Shown: positions 33,501 through 40,411, counted from the stretch's first letter. The stretch is 64,000 nucleotides of DNA from Polynucleobacter sp. (GCA_044340835.1 JBIISV010000001.1:13837-77836); one strand, 5' to 3'. A program made the numbers and translations. The notes: generated by a model not told the origin, from the letters alone.

Positions 33501-34604
33501 AGATGCATCGACAGTGGCATTCGTTTGTACACTGACTGTGTTCGCCAAATTGTTGTTCTCAATGGCGTTTTGTAGTGATTGGGTACTTGCGTTATTCACG
33601 CCGACATTAATATTGCCGCCGGAAGTTGCGCCAGTTGCAATCGTTTTTGACCCGCTAGCCAACGTAATGTGATTACCCTTTAGGCTAATATTTCCGCCGG
33701 CTGCTTGGCTTGAGCTGGCTTCAATCGCACCACTTTGCTCGATTGTGTCGGCTGTTAATGTAATTTTTCCACCCGAAGTATTAATGTCTGAGGCAGAAAT
33801 CGTGCCCGTATTTTTAATGAGTGAGCCCATCAGATTTTGCGCAGCATTTGCGCCAATAATCACTTGACCATTACCGGCATTAATTAATAATTTATTAGAA
33901 ATTAATGCATTTACGACTGAAGCATCTACTGAAACGCTAACAAATTGGCTTCCCGAGAATTGCAAAGTGACTTTTTGACCGGCTACTAATGCAATTGCAT
34001 TATTACCACCCATGGTTGCAGTAATAACGCCAGTATTAATCACCTGAGGCGCCATTAAAGCGATGTAACTATTAATATTATTGCCGGTAATATTACCTTT
34101 ATTAATCACTTTACCGCTCGTGCCGCCCTCGTAAGTTTGAATATCTCTACCTTCCATAAACTCTTTGGCAGAGGTATTCATCGTAGTGGCAACCATGCCA
34201 CCCACATTCACTTGAGCGCTCTTTCCAAATACGATCCCATTGTTATTAACAAAAATAACCTGACCATTGGCATTTACTGCGCCATTGATCATGGATTTTG
34301 AAGCGCTATTAACGTAATTAAGGGTTGCCGCTTGAGCATTGGGCTGATTAAAGTTTACGGTTGCCTTTGAACCGACATCAAAGCTGCTCCAGTTAACCAC
34401 TGCTCTTTGGCTAGTTTGGTTAACGTTCATCGTATTACCGGCTGTAGCAATGGTTGCTGTGCCAGCAACTACTTGACCACCTGTTGGTAAGGTATTTGGC
34501 GCAGGAGCGGCTGCCACGGCTTGCTGAGCAAGACCGGCAACGGCTAAAGCCGCTAATAATTTAGCGGCTTTGAACTGCGTAGAAGGCGATATTCGGCTTA
34601 TCAA
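21525..34604 (-). CDS. Giant filamentous-haemagglutinin-like TpsA adhesin (4359 aa)
   Basis: Signal peptide; TPS domain (LPTGGQVVAG, VNWSSFDVG, NFNQPN, NNNGIVFG); beta-helix region; MBG/YDG-like repeats (TPAPLT, SKTYG); PAPA linker; C-terminal Ig-like LEDGSPLPSGILFN. Confidence 0.9.
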   Translation of the reverse strand: MISRISPSTQFKAAKLLAALAVAGLAQQAVAAAPAPNTLPTGGQVVAGTATIATAGNTMNVNQTSQRAVVNWSSFDVGSKATVNFNQPNAQAATLNYVNSASKSMINGAVNANGQVIFVNNNGIVFGKSAQVNVGGMVATTMNTSAKEFMEGRDIQTYEGGTSGKVINKGNITGNNINSYIALMAPQVINTGVITATMGGNNAIALVAGQKVTLQFSGSQFVSVSVDASVVNALISNKLLINAGNGQVIIGANAAQNLMGSLIKNTGTISASDINTSGGKITLTADTIEQSGAIEASSSQAAGGNISLKGNHITLASGSKTIATGATSGGNINVGVNNASTQSLQNAIENNNLANTVSVQTNATVDASATQSGNGGAINIWSKLSTMVAGTLSAKGGAQGGNGGFIETSSKGTVSIASATKLDTSAPKGRAGQWVIDPTTLIIDSAAAAAISNALNTTSVTLDATGSSCSAFGGCTQSQSALIRIMAGADIYSSNTASSLSLVATGGQIDIDSNITAGAVYAVAQTINVNGSINTNGGPNSNIYLAGAIINILGNINSNGNSQNSNTNTTSSSLNTINTSTANNRRNGSTANNQNTLTADGNNYISNGGLINILTTGDINIGSTNISNATNLNTNPNSYISANGVHGGTITILSTAGKVNVNAVIDTLGKSGNAGKIDIAGKDQTNLTNALISTEGISQGGLLNLGQINNLGNGTILAPPATAPPALSTYVQNTVAAAALNSNNGITSSSIIIDGQTGINAPNGNIVVFGDQIEVNHSSIIADHGVIIIGREGYSSGGLSKLTAVSNSTLIAHKVETSAELLGTDAVTVLASEWLLDPTNVTIAAGAAGGSTGGSLASALVNAGVITITAGDIQAAINAGTSVNVVATGEITQSGALNFVNNSGTAATLTLDNTSGSKKAMTLSGGITATGSSLTNIVAKTAGGQIVISGAVNVTGAVTLDNTYAVGGSTSGFINETNGITYIGAVAGSIWGVKNTGTITAKTISVTAANSGYTNMGFWAAANLTASGDINVYATNQFAQTSAGAGSVAFYTNSALNITSTGGTVNIIGKVQGTSANYSSGGIHFANATAAATVNVTANKISLEGYSTNSAVDTSTTGIGINSNFTKFTINAGADYSAGGPAISFYGSSIVGAGRGLRFTNGTITNNASGGDVLLVANNNIFNSNNIVVATNNTANASKVLFDTTSGNSTGTIENSGAITSTGGTTATGSNLTNILVKSSGGKIFSSGTINISGDITVSNRYNVGGTNSTFINQYNASANTATYLQTTAGVTITAGISAKNINIYGAYNGYLSSAVWLQANLTATGNINLAGYHSIAAAAGNNNGSAGIYTNGALNFNAGGTFFVDGNTNSTVAGLSGIGVYLWAGTGTAKLNVIANKIQILGSSTNTSAGGDTTATSLNLANGVNFTIRNSNDYVNGGEAFSFRSTVVTNFGRGIRVSNGSITNNSNGGDIVFVSNGSIGTFVPISLAKNTSTVATKVLYDTTTATSTGFIDNTGAITVAADSTSAVNLIQKSNGGTISNGAGAINVSGYIDINNNAVSGPSATATTLNSLGASITGPMTSGTLAGNIGVRINAIATGTGLGINGTSTITSLVGPVTLTGQSATANAIKLTGAVSSAAGFTAVGTSTTAPTVVAVAAITNTTGNISITGNAAAAGANTGISATGAITQNQVGGNISFISNNKISQTGTVALVANTGGTAANVLYDTRTGNSGSTIQNGALSIGAGTSTSAINFSVLTNGALITNGGVIVPGYILIDNTNGSSSTATLANVNGTTIIGALSAGTLAGSTGVRINTVSSGTGVGIQDVAAITALAGPVTLTSISETANSINLTAASSITSAGGISIIGTSSQAFATADTAGAYGAVSVLGQVTNTGAGGVVVQSTANTATGAITDSGAGGISITGGYNIAAGTVTGGTITAVGALNNTNGGVISLSMAQPTSATGGAIEDAAGVTNAVASVGTNVTYSLRGGVMNLAYAGVNNVNYRSPLTPATISVQLLDSYVTTYGVAFTDAAPQAWIKNAANTAVTVSGGGAFGASPTASSVLGSLSLSSINGVATIAANRVGGPTTLITGDILSTFGLVTITAPAAGKGTYTVNPATLTIASKSSSSAYDGVTTFNTLTQAGYSVAGLISTIGGTPTGDAVTSTTSAINVGNSSGAAVTGSSVATAGTFSVIESLAQGSNLSNYTINYVRSTFNVTPVALTITAANDSKTYGSTSTNAGIAYNASGVKTTSADGFTISGLLGSDAVNTVTLSSLTGAIAAANASITPYSVTPSAAAGTGLSNYSINYIDGGLTVNKAVLTITNPTMVYNGTTTFATATSGTAATVTGVGGQTFTLGGSATMTNPNVLGGSNITSTAGLTFAGSGSSNYELPASIANVVITPAPLTVTLAPQTKTYDSTTGAVLTAGTSSTNGSYTIGGFVSGQGAFITQTSGAYNSANASTSGLSSVATTVSTTLSPSNWTANSGTSLSNYSLPTTASATGTITKAPLAILANDVSTFVNTQPAAGNLTYVVSGLVGTDTSSVFTVAPAVALASDASLTTAGVFAGKVIPSVTAPNYTVTATPGTLTILGSNAILVAVGTTSKVYGTYNATQTANIQADIAPPGTGTPIVTVQYKPAVSGVVDFTVARNSSTGVWTAVDGVSGNSATYTFTVTPTIPAGSYSTTNHLRVGSYALVPANLTLASGSTANCSSCSVSYTSGTLTITPAQLLATVTPSAMTYNASAAMTSTTVLSGTGVFAGVPSGVSGVTTLTAASPNAGVTAINNGGTLLSGHDAANFTVTTTVLVPQAAGGPTNGVAAPGTATTDGSGYTINIAKAPLVYSGVVRSSVYTSNAQTNTGATLTSGTLYSTDNFTIAGYASATNVSQGTVADILAATAAGSTVANNYAITYNHGSLTITGAPLIITATADSKTYGSTTTNSGIAYNASGVKTLTADGYTVGGLIGSDAVSSVTLSSSGALAAANVVGSPYAITPSVAAGTGNLSNYTISYVNGVLTVNPAVLTIANPTMVYNGTATFAPGVSGATTTFTGVNGQTVTLGGSATMTNANVLGTSAINNTAGLTVASVSGGVDASNYALPTSIANVDITPAPITYTGKNTTTVFNNTLQTNNGATLTSGTVFGSDSFAISGYATKTDVSRVGNIASGALSSSPDALIATATGATNPNNYTITYVQGGLTITPAPLTATVTPAALIYNGSGAITSTTALSGFVGGATDVLGATALTAGSPNAGTQTITNGGTTLSGTDSLNYAVTNTVLATTTGTGANGVASVSPTPAGGGYTIDVARRILVYTGQVTTSPYSGAEQTNAGASLTTGTIVSGQSFTLGGYAKATNVSQGIVVDQLAATPGANTLSANYDIRYVNGSIKITPLTLSVSITTLPNSGIKVYDSTTAATLTAGTSSSPGSYAITGFVSGQGAYITQAAGTYNSANVAGATTITAALTPSVWTTTGSTDLSNYALPTSITAPGSITPAPLSITANNAATFVGVTPTNPTYVVSGLVGTDTPSSAFTVGPTVSLNSTGTAGLAAPGTYAGSLIPAVTAPNYTVTPTAGTLTVVGNSILVVSVGTTSQVFGNYNEAQVNNGTISKAAPNVTVGYCTNCDVAGVTPATRNIVNLTVTAPSSGSTSANSLWTAADSISVGTSAQGIYNFTVTPTVAGGSYSTGNYLKVGNYALVPGNVTTVAGQTTNYQGTPIYTSGNLNITPLTLTFGAATPTQTYNGLTAINGLALTPTNLPTGITGITSVVGNGNFTSPNANLAAGYTINNALISGPDAANFAFAGASGTSGIINKAQLVYTGVVNVSVFNGATQTNSGATLTSGTIATGESFAIGGYAQQRNVLATATPDALAASPGSNTLASNYQITYNNGSLRITPAPLTATVTAAGLTYNGSNAISSTTVLTGFVGGATSVTGATSLTAAVADAGVQTIINGGTVLSGAELANYSVTNTVLASTASNGVAAVNAAPNGSGYTINIAKAPLTYTSGNNTVTFNGTAQSNSGAVLSSGSIVAGQSFTLSGYATGTNVTDMPIDALSATANANTNLNNYAITFVNGSLSINPAPLTISGLTAVSKFEDGNTVAVITGTPTLAGQIFTDYPVEISSGSVTQGVFAQATARRSIPVSAAWENFTLSDPNYFIQGPTQALNATISRNLTSSLNPAPAPAAASTPAPAPAVASTPAPAPEKLNNMTLIANQNLAQVIDKRDEPAAQPNTLIKGEMLYVRDSDNPSVYLHAFPTPSSGALKFPVPDQLTQELIESSGRNDTVSGSPASLSGYKLLLLPKDSTLTATLEDGSPLPSGILFNVANRSFSVPKLADVTLPITVKIALVRGKNVLSDKTLVVTK
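22007..22083. repeat. 30-bp tandem repeat (~2.5 copies) encoding a Pro/Ala linker
   Basis: CTGGTGCAGGAGCTGGAGTTGAAGCTRCAG repeated; translates to PAPAPAAAST/PAPAPAVAST. Confidence 0.9.
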
Positions 34605-34695
34605 AATAGGTAATTCATTGAAGATCTATGAATTTATTGCTTTCGTGTCCGTTTGAAAATTAGCTTCTAAGCTAATACATTCAATTATTTTTTGT

Positions 34696-36426
34696 TTAAA
34701 AATAGATGGTGCCTTTGATCCAACCTTGCACTGATCTATATTGGTTATCCGCGTTTAACTGCTGACCGGCTTGTGTATACAGTGGGTTATCTCCCGTTCT
34801 CCAAGCCAAAGCAGCACTGAGCTGCACTTTTTGAAACTGATACTTAGCTGATAAACCGGTTGCATACAATGCATAGCTATTGTTTGCGTTGGTCTGGCCC
34901 TGCCAGTTTGTATAGGTATTGACGTATTGCTGAATGATGCCGGCATCAAAGAATGCGCTAACCTGCAATCCTTGAATTAAGGTGTGGTTTAACTCTAAGG
35001 AGGCTACAGCACCCTGTGAACCGCCACCCTGCGCAACTGGGTAGGCACGGACACCATAAGGACCGCCTAAGTAGAGCTGCTCAGCACTATTGAGGTTCTT
35101 GTTGGCGAGTTGTCCATATATTGACGCAATGAGATTGGTTTGCTTAACCGGTAAAGGCTGAGTGACGGAACCATTAAATCCAATCTTTCCGAAAGTACCT
35201 TTAGTTGCGGCGCCTTGAGTATCGTTATTTGCTTGATTGGTGTTATTAATTGAGAGTGAGCCCAGGGTTGCCGTCGCACCCCAATTAACATAGGTTTGAT
35301 CTAAGAAATTAGCCCCATTAATACCAGCGCTAAGATTATTAATTTGATAGTTGCTAGTCTGCGTACCGCTCGTCAAGTTGTTATAGTTCTTGTTCTCAAA
35401 GTTAACCGTGATGTTCTTATTGGAGCGTGCCGTTCGCTCTAGGGCGTAATTGGAATAAATTCCGTAGGTCTGGGCTGTACCTTGAGAGATCACGGGTGAA
35501 TAACTGCTTAAGCTTTTATAATCTAGAGCGCTTGCGCCAGCTGAAACTCTCCATCCATCGTAACCAACTGGCAGCCCGTACCTGAATTGCCCAAAGACAG
35601 AGCCTTGCGATCCAATAACATCTAGAGTGGCTTGGTCTCCAATGCCGCTCAGATTATTTAAACTTAAGCTAGCAATTGCTTGGGCTGGGCCGGTATTGGC
35701 AGATCCATAGTTTGAAAGATCTACCCTGCCTGCAAATAAGCCGGTATCTTTTGCATTTACCAAAATATTGGTAGCGCCTTCTTTTTCACTTTGACCTAAC
35801 TCGGCATTAACCTCGTTACCAGGAGTTTCATTTAAGATAGCTAAGCTACGCTCCAAACCCTTTAAATCCATGAAAACGCCAGGCGCATTGCTGCTAGTGA
35901 TGAACTTTTGAATTACCTCGGACTTGAGGCGGCTAGGTGAGGCTTTGTCGAGCTCAATAATGACATCGCCAACCTTGCCTTCAATGATTTTAATTTCAAT
36001 CACACCACCCACCACGTCTTGCGGTGGAATAACTGCCTGCGCCATTCTTCCAATCTGACCATATAAATTCGTTACCGCTTCACCTGCCTCTTTAATTTGA
36101 TCAAGCGTTAATTGGCGACCAATAAAAGGTTTAAGCGCTTCTTGCGCTTGCGCTTGTGAAATTAGCGTGATTCCAGAGACCTTAAAACCCTTTACATCAA
36201 TAGCTTTAGCACCAGATTGAGGGCGGGCTGCCCTATCTGGCTTTTTAATCAGCTCTTCTGGAGCCGTTTTTGGGCGATCACGGTCAGCCTCTCTTTGCAA
36301 CTGCTGTTGCAATGCTCCTGCATCGGGACCAGCCTGACCATAAACAGATGAAACAAAAAGAGAACTCAATACCGCCAAATAGATTGGTGAGAATTTTGAA
36401 CTTGTAAGGCGAAATTGGACTGGCAC
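34696..36426 (-). CDS. TpsB (ShlB/FhaC/HecB) outer-membrane transporter
   Basis: POTRA-like AVIPPQDV...IIEGKVG; EQLYLGGPYGVRAYP motif; C-terminal Phe; directly upstream of tpsA; start uncertain. Confidence 0.92.
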   Translation of the reverse strand: MPVQFRLTSSKFSPIYLAVLSSLFVSSVYGQAGPDAGALQQQLQREADRDRPKTAPEELIKKPDRAARPQSGAKAIDVKGFKVSGITLISQAQAQEALKPFIGRQLTLDQIKEAGEAVTNLYGQIGRMAQAVIPPQDVVGGVIEIKIIEGKVGDVIIELDKASPSRLKSEVIQKFITSSNAPGVFMDLKGLERSLAILNETPGNEVNAELGQSEKEGATNILVNAKDTGLFAGRVDLSNYGSANTGPAQAIASLSLNNLSGIGDQATLDVIGSQGSVFGQFRYGLPVGYDGWRVSAGASALDYKSLSSYSPVISQGTAQTYGIYSNYALERTARSNKNITVNFENKNYNNLTSGTQTSNYQINNLSAGINGANFLDQTYVNWGATATLGSLSINNTNQANNDTQGAATKGTFGKIGFNGSVTQPLPVKQTNLIASIYGQLANKNLNSAEQLYLGGPYGVRAYPVAQGGGSQGAVASLELNHTLIQGLQVSAFFDAGIIQQYVNTYTNWQGQTNANNSYALYATGLSAKYQFQKVQLSAALAWRTGDNPLYTQAGQQLNADNQYRSVQGWIKGTIYF

Positions 36427-36604
36427 GAAAAAAACTCCAAAGGGGTAGCACTCCCCCAAGGGAGAATGACATTAAAAAAATATGTCATTAATTTACTGGC
36501 TTTAAGAAATCCTATCTATTAGCTTTAGGGTGCATGTTGTGCATATTGCACTCTTATAAGCAACGCTAAATTAATTTCTAAGGTGACTAACTAGGTTGGG
36601 ACAA

Positions 36605-36633
36605 CTTCATAGCATTTGGTCCATGCTATGAAG
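36605..36633. other. 11-bp perfect inverted repeat upstream of tpsB
   Basis: CTTCATAGCAT-ttggtcc-ATGCTATGAAG. Confidence 0.6.
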
Positions 36634-36936
36634 AGGTTAATGAGCTCACAATAAATTGAACCCTCATCTGCAACCAGCCGAATAACTAAAAAAAAGTAAG
36701 GTTGTATAGAGTTGCGTCCATTAAAGGTTGGAAGGCGTCAGGCAGCCCCTTTATTCCGCTGGTCGCGAGCTCCAAATTTCTCCCAAACCATTAGGACTTA
36801 ATCTTTGCACCCGGAAGACTTAACTTAAAAAGCCTTCATCGTCTCTTATTGGCTGTTCTCTGCCCCCTAGAACCCCAAATAAAATGTTTTAAAGTGCTGC
36901 TCCAATTTAGATGGCAGACTATTAACCCCCCAAGTA

Positions 36937-37043
36937 AAAAGCCACCCCGTAGGATGGCTTTGGTAACGCTTTTGGTAACGAGGGTGTTGCATCGCCACAA
37001 ACCCTTGTAATACCTATTGACATGGCGGAAGAGGTGTCCAGAT
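36937..37043. repeat. att-like direct repeat, copy 2, containing a tRNA-Ser-like 3' end
   Basis: Same ~92-bp unit as copy 1; tandem TTTGGTAAC motifs; TGGCGGA-AGAGGTG-TCCAGAT core; minus strand CACCTCTTCCGCCA resembles a tRNA-Ser 3' end. Confidence 0.88.
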
Positions 37044-37428
37044 TTTGTCCCTCCAATGCGCTCTACCATTACCCATAAACCCTTTAAATATATGGCTTTC
37101 AAGGTTGACCCTATTCCCGAGTAAACCACCTAAATCTATCTGAGACTATGTCTTGCTGATGGGTTAGTAACGGGAAAAAAATCATCGTTAGTGCCTTAGA
37201 GAGTTTCGACTGCCGAATAACCAACAAAAGGTTAACTTTTTAATCTATTTAATCTAATTTTTTTCTGCATGGTGGGTACAGAGGGGGGTTCAAACTCCAT
37301 CACTAGACCCATCATCGACATGGCTTCTATGTAACCACACTCCCGTGTAACCCATTGAGATTCAATAAAATATGTTGATTAAAGATGAGTTCAAAAGGGG
37401 TGATTTTTGCATGAGTTTGGGATGCCGA

Positions 37429-38694
37429 ATGGCGGATAAATTTAGCTTTACGGCACGTCGTATTGCCAATCTCTCTGAACCCGGTTTTTACCACGACTCA
37501 GAATCCAGAGGACTATATCTTCAGGTGATGCTAGGGGTAAATAAAATCATGCGTAGTTGGATATTTCGCTATACCAGCCCTACTTCATTCAAGCGCAGAG
37601 ATATGGGCTTGGGCCCGCTAGAGGTCCGCTCACTTGCTGATGCCAGACGGAAAACGCTTGAGCTTCGTAAATTAATTCTAGATGGTGTTGATCCGATAGA
37701 ACAGCGCAACAGGATTCGGACTGAAGCCCTAGCCGCCACTGAGGATGGAATTACCTTCTCAATTGCAGCAGAGCGTTGTATTGCAGCCAAACGATCAGAA
37801 TGGAAGAATGCAAAGCATGCTGATCAATGGGTAAACACTATGGCTACCTTTGTTAATCCAAAAATTGGAAAGATGCGGGTTGATCAAATCAATACTGGCC
37901 ATATCGCCAAGCTTCTTGAGCAAGAAATCAAGAAGAAGTCTGGAGAAGTTGAGGGGCCCTTCTGGAATGTCCGCACAGAAACGGCAACTCGTGTACGCCA
38001 ACGAATTGAGGTGATCCTTGACTGGTGCAAGGCTCATGAATACATCAAAGGGGATAATCCTGCACGCCTTAAAGGCGCACTAGCCCATCTATTACCAAAG
38101 GCCAATAAGATCCAGAAGAAGAGTCACCACCCTGCCCTTCCATTCCTGCAGATTGGTGAGTTTATGAGAGAGTTAAGAACAAAGGGTGGTTTCTCTGTAC
38201 TCGCCCTTGAGTTCTTAATTCTTACGGCTACACGTACGGGTGAAGTGCTTAATGCCAAATGGGATGAGTTTGATATTGAAAATAAGGTTTGGACCATTCC
38301 TGCCGAAAGGATGAAAGCCGGAAAAGAGCATCGAGTGCCACTAAATTCTCGGGCAATTGAGATATATGAATACCTCTCTAAACATCGCGTAAATGAGTCC
38401 CTATTCCCGAGCAAGCGTTACAACAAAGATAATATGTCAAATATGTCTCTAATTGCCATCATGAAGAGAATGCCGGCTTATTCTCAATATGTTCCACATG
38501 GATTTAGATCTACATTTCGGGATTGGGCTGCGGAGACTACCGACTATCCGAATGAAACTGTTGAGCTAGCATTGGCTCACACTATTAAGAATAAGTCTGA
38601 GGCTGCCTATAGGAGGCAGGATCAATTAGAGAGGCGAGCAAGATTAATGGAAGATTGGGCAACTTTCGCTAACAAAGAAATCTTAATACCTTAG
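37429..38694 (+). CDS. P4-like tyrosine integrase with N-terminal arm-binding domain
   Basis: GLYLQV...SWIFRY...RRDMGLG...SLADAR arm domain; catalytic ATRTGE, MKAGKEH, HGFRSTFR, LAH, AYRR. Confidence 0.95.
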   Translation: MADKFSFTARRIANLSEPGFYHDSESRGLYLQVMLGVNKIMRSWIFRYTSPTSFKRRDMGLGPLEVRSLADARRKTLELRKLILDGVDPIEQRNRIRTEALAATEDGITFSIAAERCIAAKRSEWKNAKHADQWVNTMATFVNPKIGKMRVDQINTGHIAKLLEQEIKKKSGEVEGPFWNVRTETATRVRQRIEVILDWCKAHEYIKGDNPARLKGALAHLLPKANKIQKKSHHPALPFLQIGEFMRELRTKGGFSVLALEFLILTATRTGEVLNAKWDEFDIENKVWTIPAERMKAGKEHRVPLNSRAIEIYEYLSKHRVNESLFPSKRYNKDNMSNMSLIAIMKRMPAYSQYVPHGFRSTFRDWAAETTDYPNETVELALAHTIKNKSEAAYRRQDQLERRARLMEDWATFANKEILIP

Positions 38695-38712
38695 CTCAAC
38701 AGATCATACAAA

Positions 38713-39135
38713 TCAGGCAATAGTTTTAATTCTTAAGGCCAGTCCGTTTAAATCTTCGGATCCAGTTTTAGCCTTTACACGAAGAGTAGTTTCCCTATCT
38801 AATTGAAATGGAGAAAGCATTAAAAAAGTTTGAACCACAATAACCTTTGAACCGTCCTCCGAAAAAACATCTTGTGCTGGCATAGGAATTTGTCCGGTTC
38901 CCAAAATTACCTCCTGCTCATCACCCTGAAGAACTACAACCTCCAACTCATCAAAGGGATGGTCATTATCAGTAACAACCTTTACTGCAATACAAAGTTT
39001 TGGCAATGTAACAGGAAAGCTTGGAAGTACTAGGTCTGAACCATAAACGCCCATATAAGAAAACTTTGATCCAAGTTCCTGCCTAATATCATCGCAATAT
39101 ATAACCTCAATTCGTCTGCCAAATTTACTCATCAT
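38713..39135 (-). CDS. Hypothetical beta-rich protein (DUF6941-like)
   Basis: IYCDDIRQELGSKFSYMGVY motif; overlaps the stop of the upstream HTH gene. Confidence 0.65.
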   Translation of the reverse strand: MMSKFGRRIEVIYCDDIRQELGSKFSYMGVYGSDLVLPSFPVTLPKLCIAVKVVTDNDHPFDELEVVVLQGDEQEVILGTGQIPMPAQDVFSEDGSKVIVVQTFLMLSPFQLDRETTLRVKAKTGSEDLNGLALRIKTIA

Positions 39136-39622
39136 TCAAGGCCTTAGTATTTTTAATTGCCTGAGCAAGCTCATCTCTAGTTGTGTCAAATATTTCCACA
39201 AGCTTTTCAAAAGTTTTATGCAGCATATCTCGGCGACCAGCCTCAATTAAAGAGTAACCAGACTGAGAGTTTCCCAAAAGTATTGCCGCCTTAGATTGAG
39301 ACAATCCAGACTTTAGCCTTAAGGTTGCTATGGTGGTTGGCATATTAATACCAGTCATTGAGCTACTTAATCGCTTCCTAGCTTCATCAAGTGCAGCGGC
39401 TTTGGTGGGTTGATTCTCGTACTTTCTTACAACATCCTGCATATCATTGAACCCAGCAGGCACAACAGGATGAATCACAACATCCGAGATGAAGAACACA
39501 TTTTGCGGATGTGTCTCGGGATTAATAGCTGGCATACGAGAAACCGTTGAACTAATAACGGGGGATGTTGAGGGCATCATAGATTTCGAAGATTCTCTTA
39601 ACTCTTGGATTGCTAGTGTCAT
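39125..39622 (-). CDS. XRE-family HTH protein (HigA-like antitoxin)
   Basis: LRLKSGLSQSKAAILLGNSQSGYSLIEAG HTH; start uncertain. Confidence 0.8.
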   Translation of the reverse strand: MTLAIQELRESSKSMMPSTSPVISSTVSRMPAINPETHPQNVFFISDVVIHPVVPAGFNDMQDVVRKYENQPTKAAALDEARKRLSSSMTGINMPTTIATLRLKSGLSQSKAAILLGNSQSGYSLIEAGRRDMLHKTFEKLVEIFDTTRDELAQAIKNTKALNDE

Positions 39623-39977
39623 AGTCAAAGTCTCTCTTTAAAATAGCTAAAACGTAATATCTATATTCAATAGTGTGAAAGGCATAAATTATTCGATAGT
39701 CGCTGGCGCCTGAAAGCCAAAGCAATCTAACCCTCCAAAGGTTAAATTTTGCGGCCCTTGTTTTTTGCCATTCATCCACATTAAATTGAGGTTCGCCATA
39801 ATTGCAATAACCCCGACTAACCAATCTATCCAACAGATCTTGATTTCCATTTATCTCTTCCAGGAAAACAGTGATATCACCTGCTGAGGTTTGATTAACC
39901 TCAAAAATCTGATCCAAATCTGCTTGCGCATCATCATGAATTACCAGCGAATAAACTCTAGATTGTGAGTATCTCAT
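39552..39977 (-). CDS. RelE/HigB-like toxin
   Basis: YSLVIHDDAQADL...LWRVRL...YRIIYAF...YVLAILKR pattern; directly upstream of an HTH gene. Confidence 0.65.
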   Translation of the reverse strand: MRYSQSRVYSLVIHDDAQADLDQIFEVNQTSAGDITVFLEEINGNQDLLDRLVSRGYCNYGEPQFNVDEWQKTRAAKFNLWRVRLLWLSGASDYRIIYAFHTIEYRYYVLAILKRDFDYDTSNPRVKRIFEIYDALNIPRY

Positions 39978-40057
39978 ATCTCGGAAGGTATAACCACGAT
40001 AATTAGCTGTATAAAGGTACAGTATAAAGGGTTCATAGCAATATTTAAGGGAAACCG

Positions 40058-40411
40058 TTAATGGCCCCTCTCAAAATGCGGTACATCCACAAACCCTTTG
40101 AAATTCCCGCCCCACCTATTTTTAGGGTTTAGTCTTTCCCAGTATTCGCCGACCGTACGGATGAGCTCTTTATCCCAGACGAGCTTACCATTCCAAAAGA
40201 AGTTCAGATCAATAGCGCAACGTCTTAGGTGATTGCTATTCATAGTCTTTGATCTGCCGGTCTTAAAGTAGATCTCCTGCTGCTCAGGTGAACGCCAAAG
40301 CTCACCTCCTGTAACAACCCACCCCTCTGCAGTGGCAAACTGAATGAGTCTACTGACATCAATTAGGAAGGCAGCTTGTTCTGCTACTAGACCACTTACC
40401 TTTGTATTCAC
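40058..40411 (-). CDS. M15-family peptidase endolysin
   Basis: RSPEQQ, SKTMNSNHLRRCAIDLN, RWGGNF, DVPHFE zinc-peptidase motifs. Confidence 0.88.
   Translation of the reverse strand: MNTKVSGLVAEQAAFLIDVSRLIQFATAEGWVVTGGELWRSPEQQEIYFKTGRSKTMNSNHLRRCAIDLNFFWNGKLVWDKELIRTVGEYWERLNPKNRWGGNFKGFVDVPHFERGH

Noticed and set aside
21547-33672. Many short plus-strand ORFs within the adhesin
   Set aside because: Antisense artefacts of Thr/Ala/Gly-rich repetitive coding sequence
21525-36426. Contact-dependent inhibition (CdiBAI) system
   Set aside because: No VENN-type pre-toxin motif, toxin tip or downstream immunity ORF
36836-37129. 97-aa minus-strand ORF
   Set aside because: Spans the att-like repeat; no recognisable protein features
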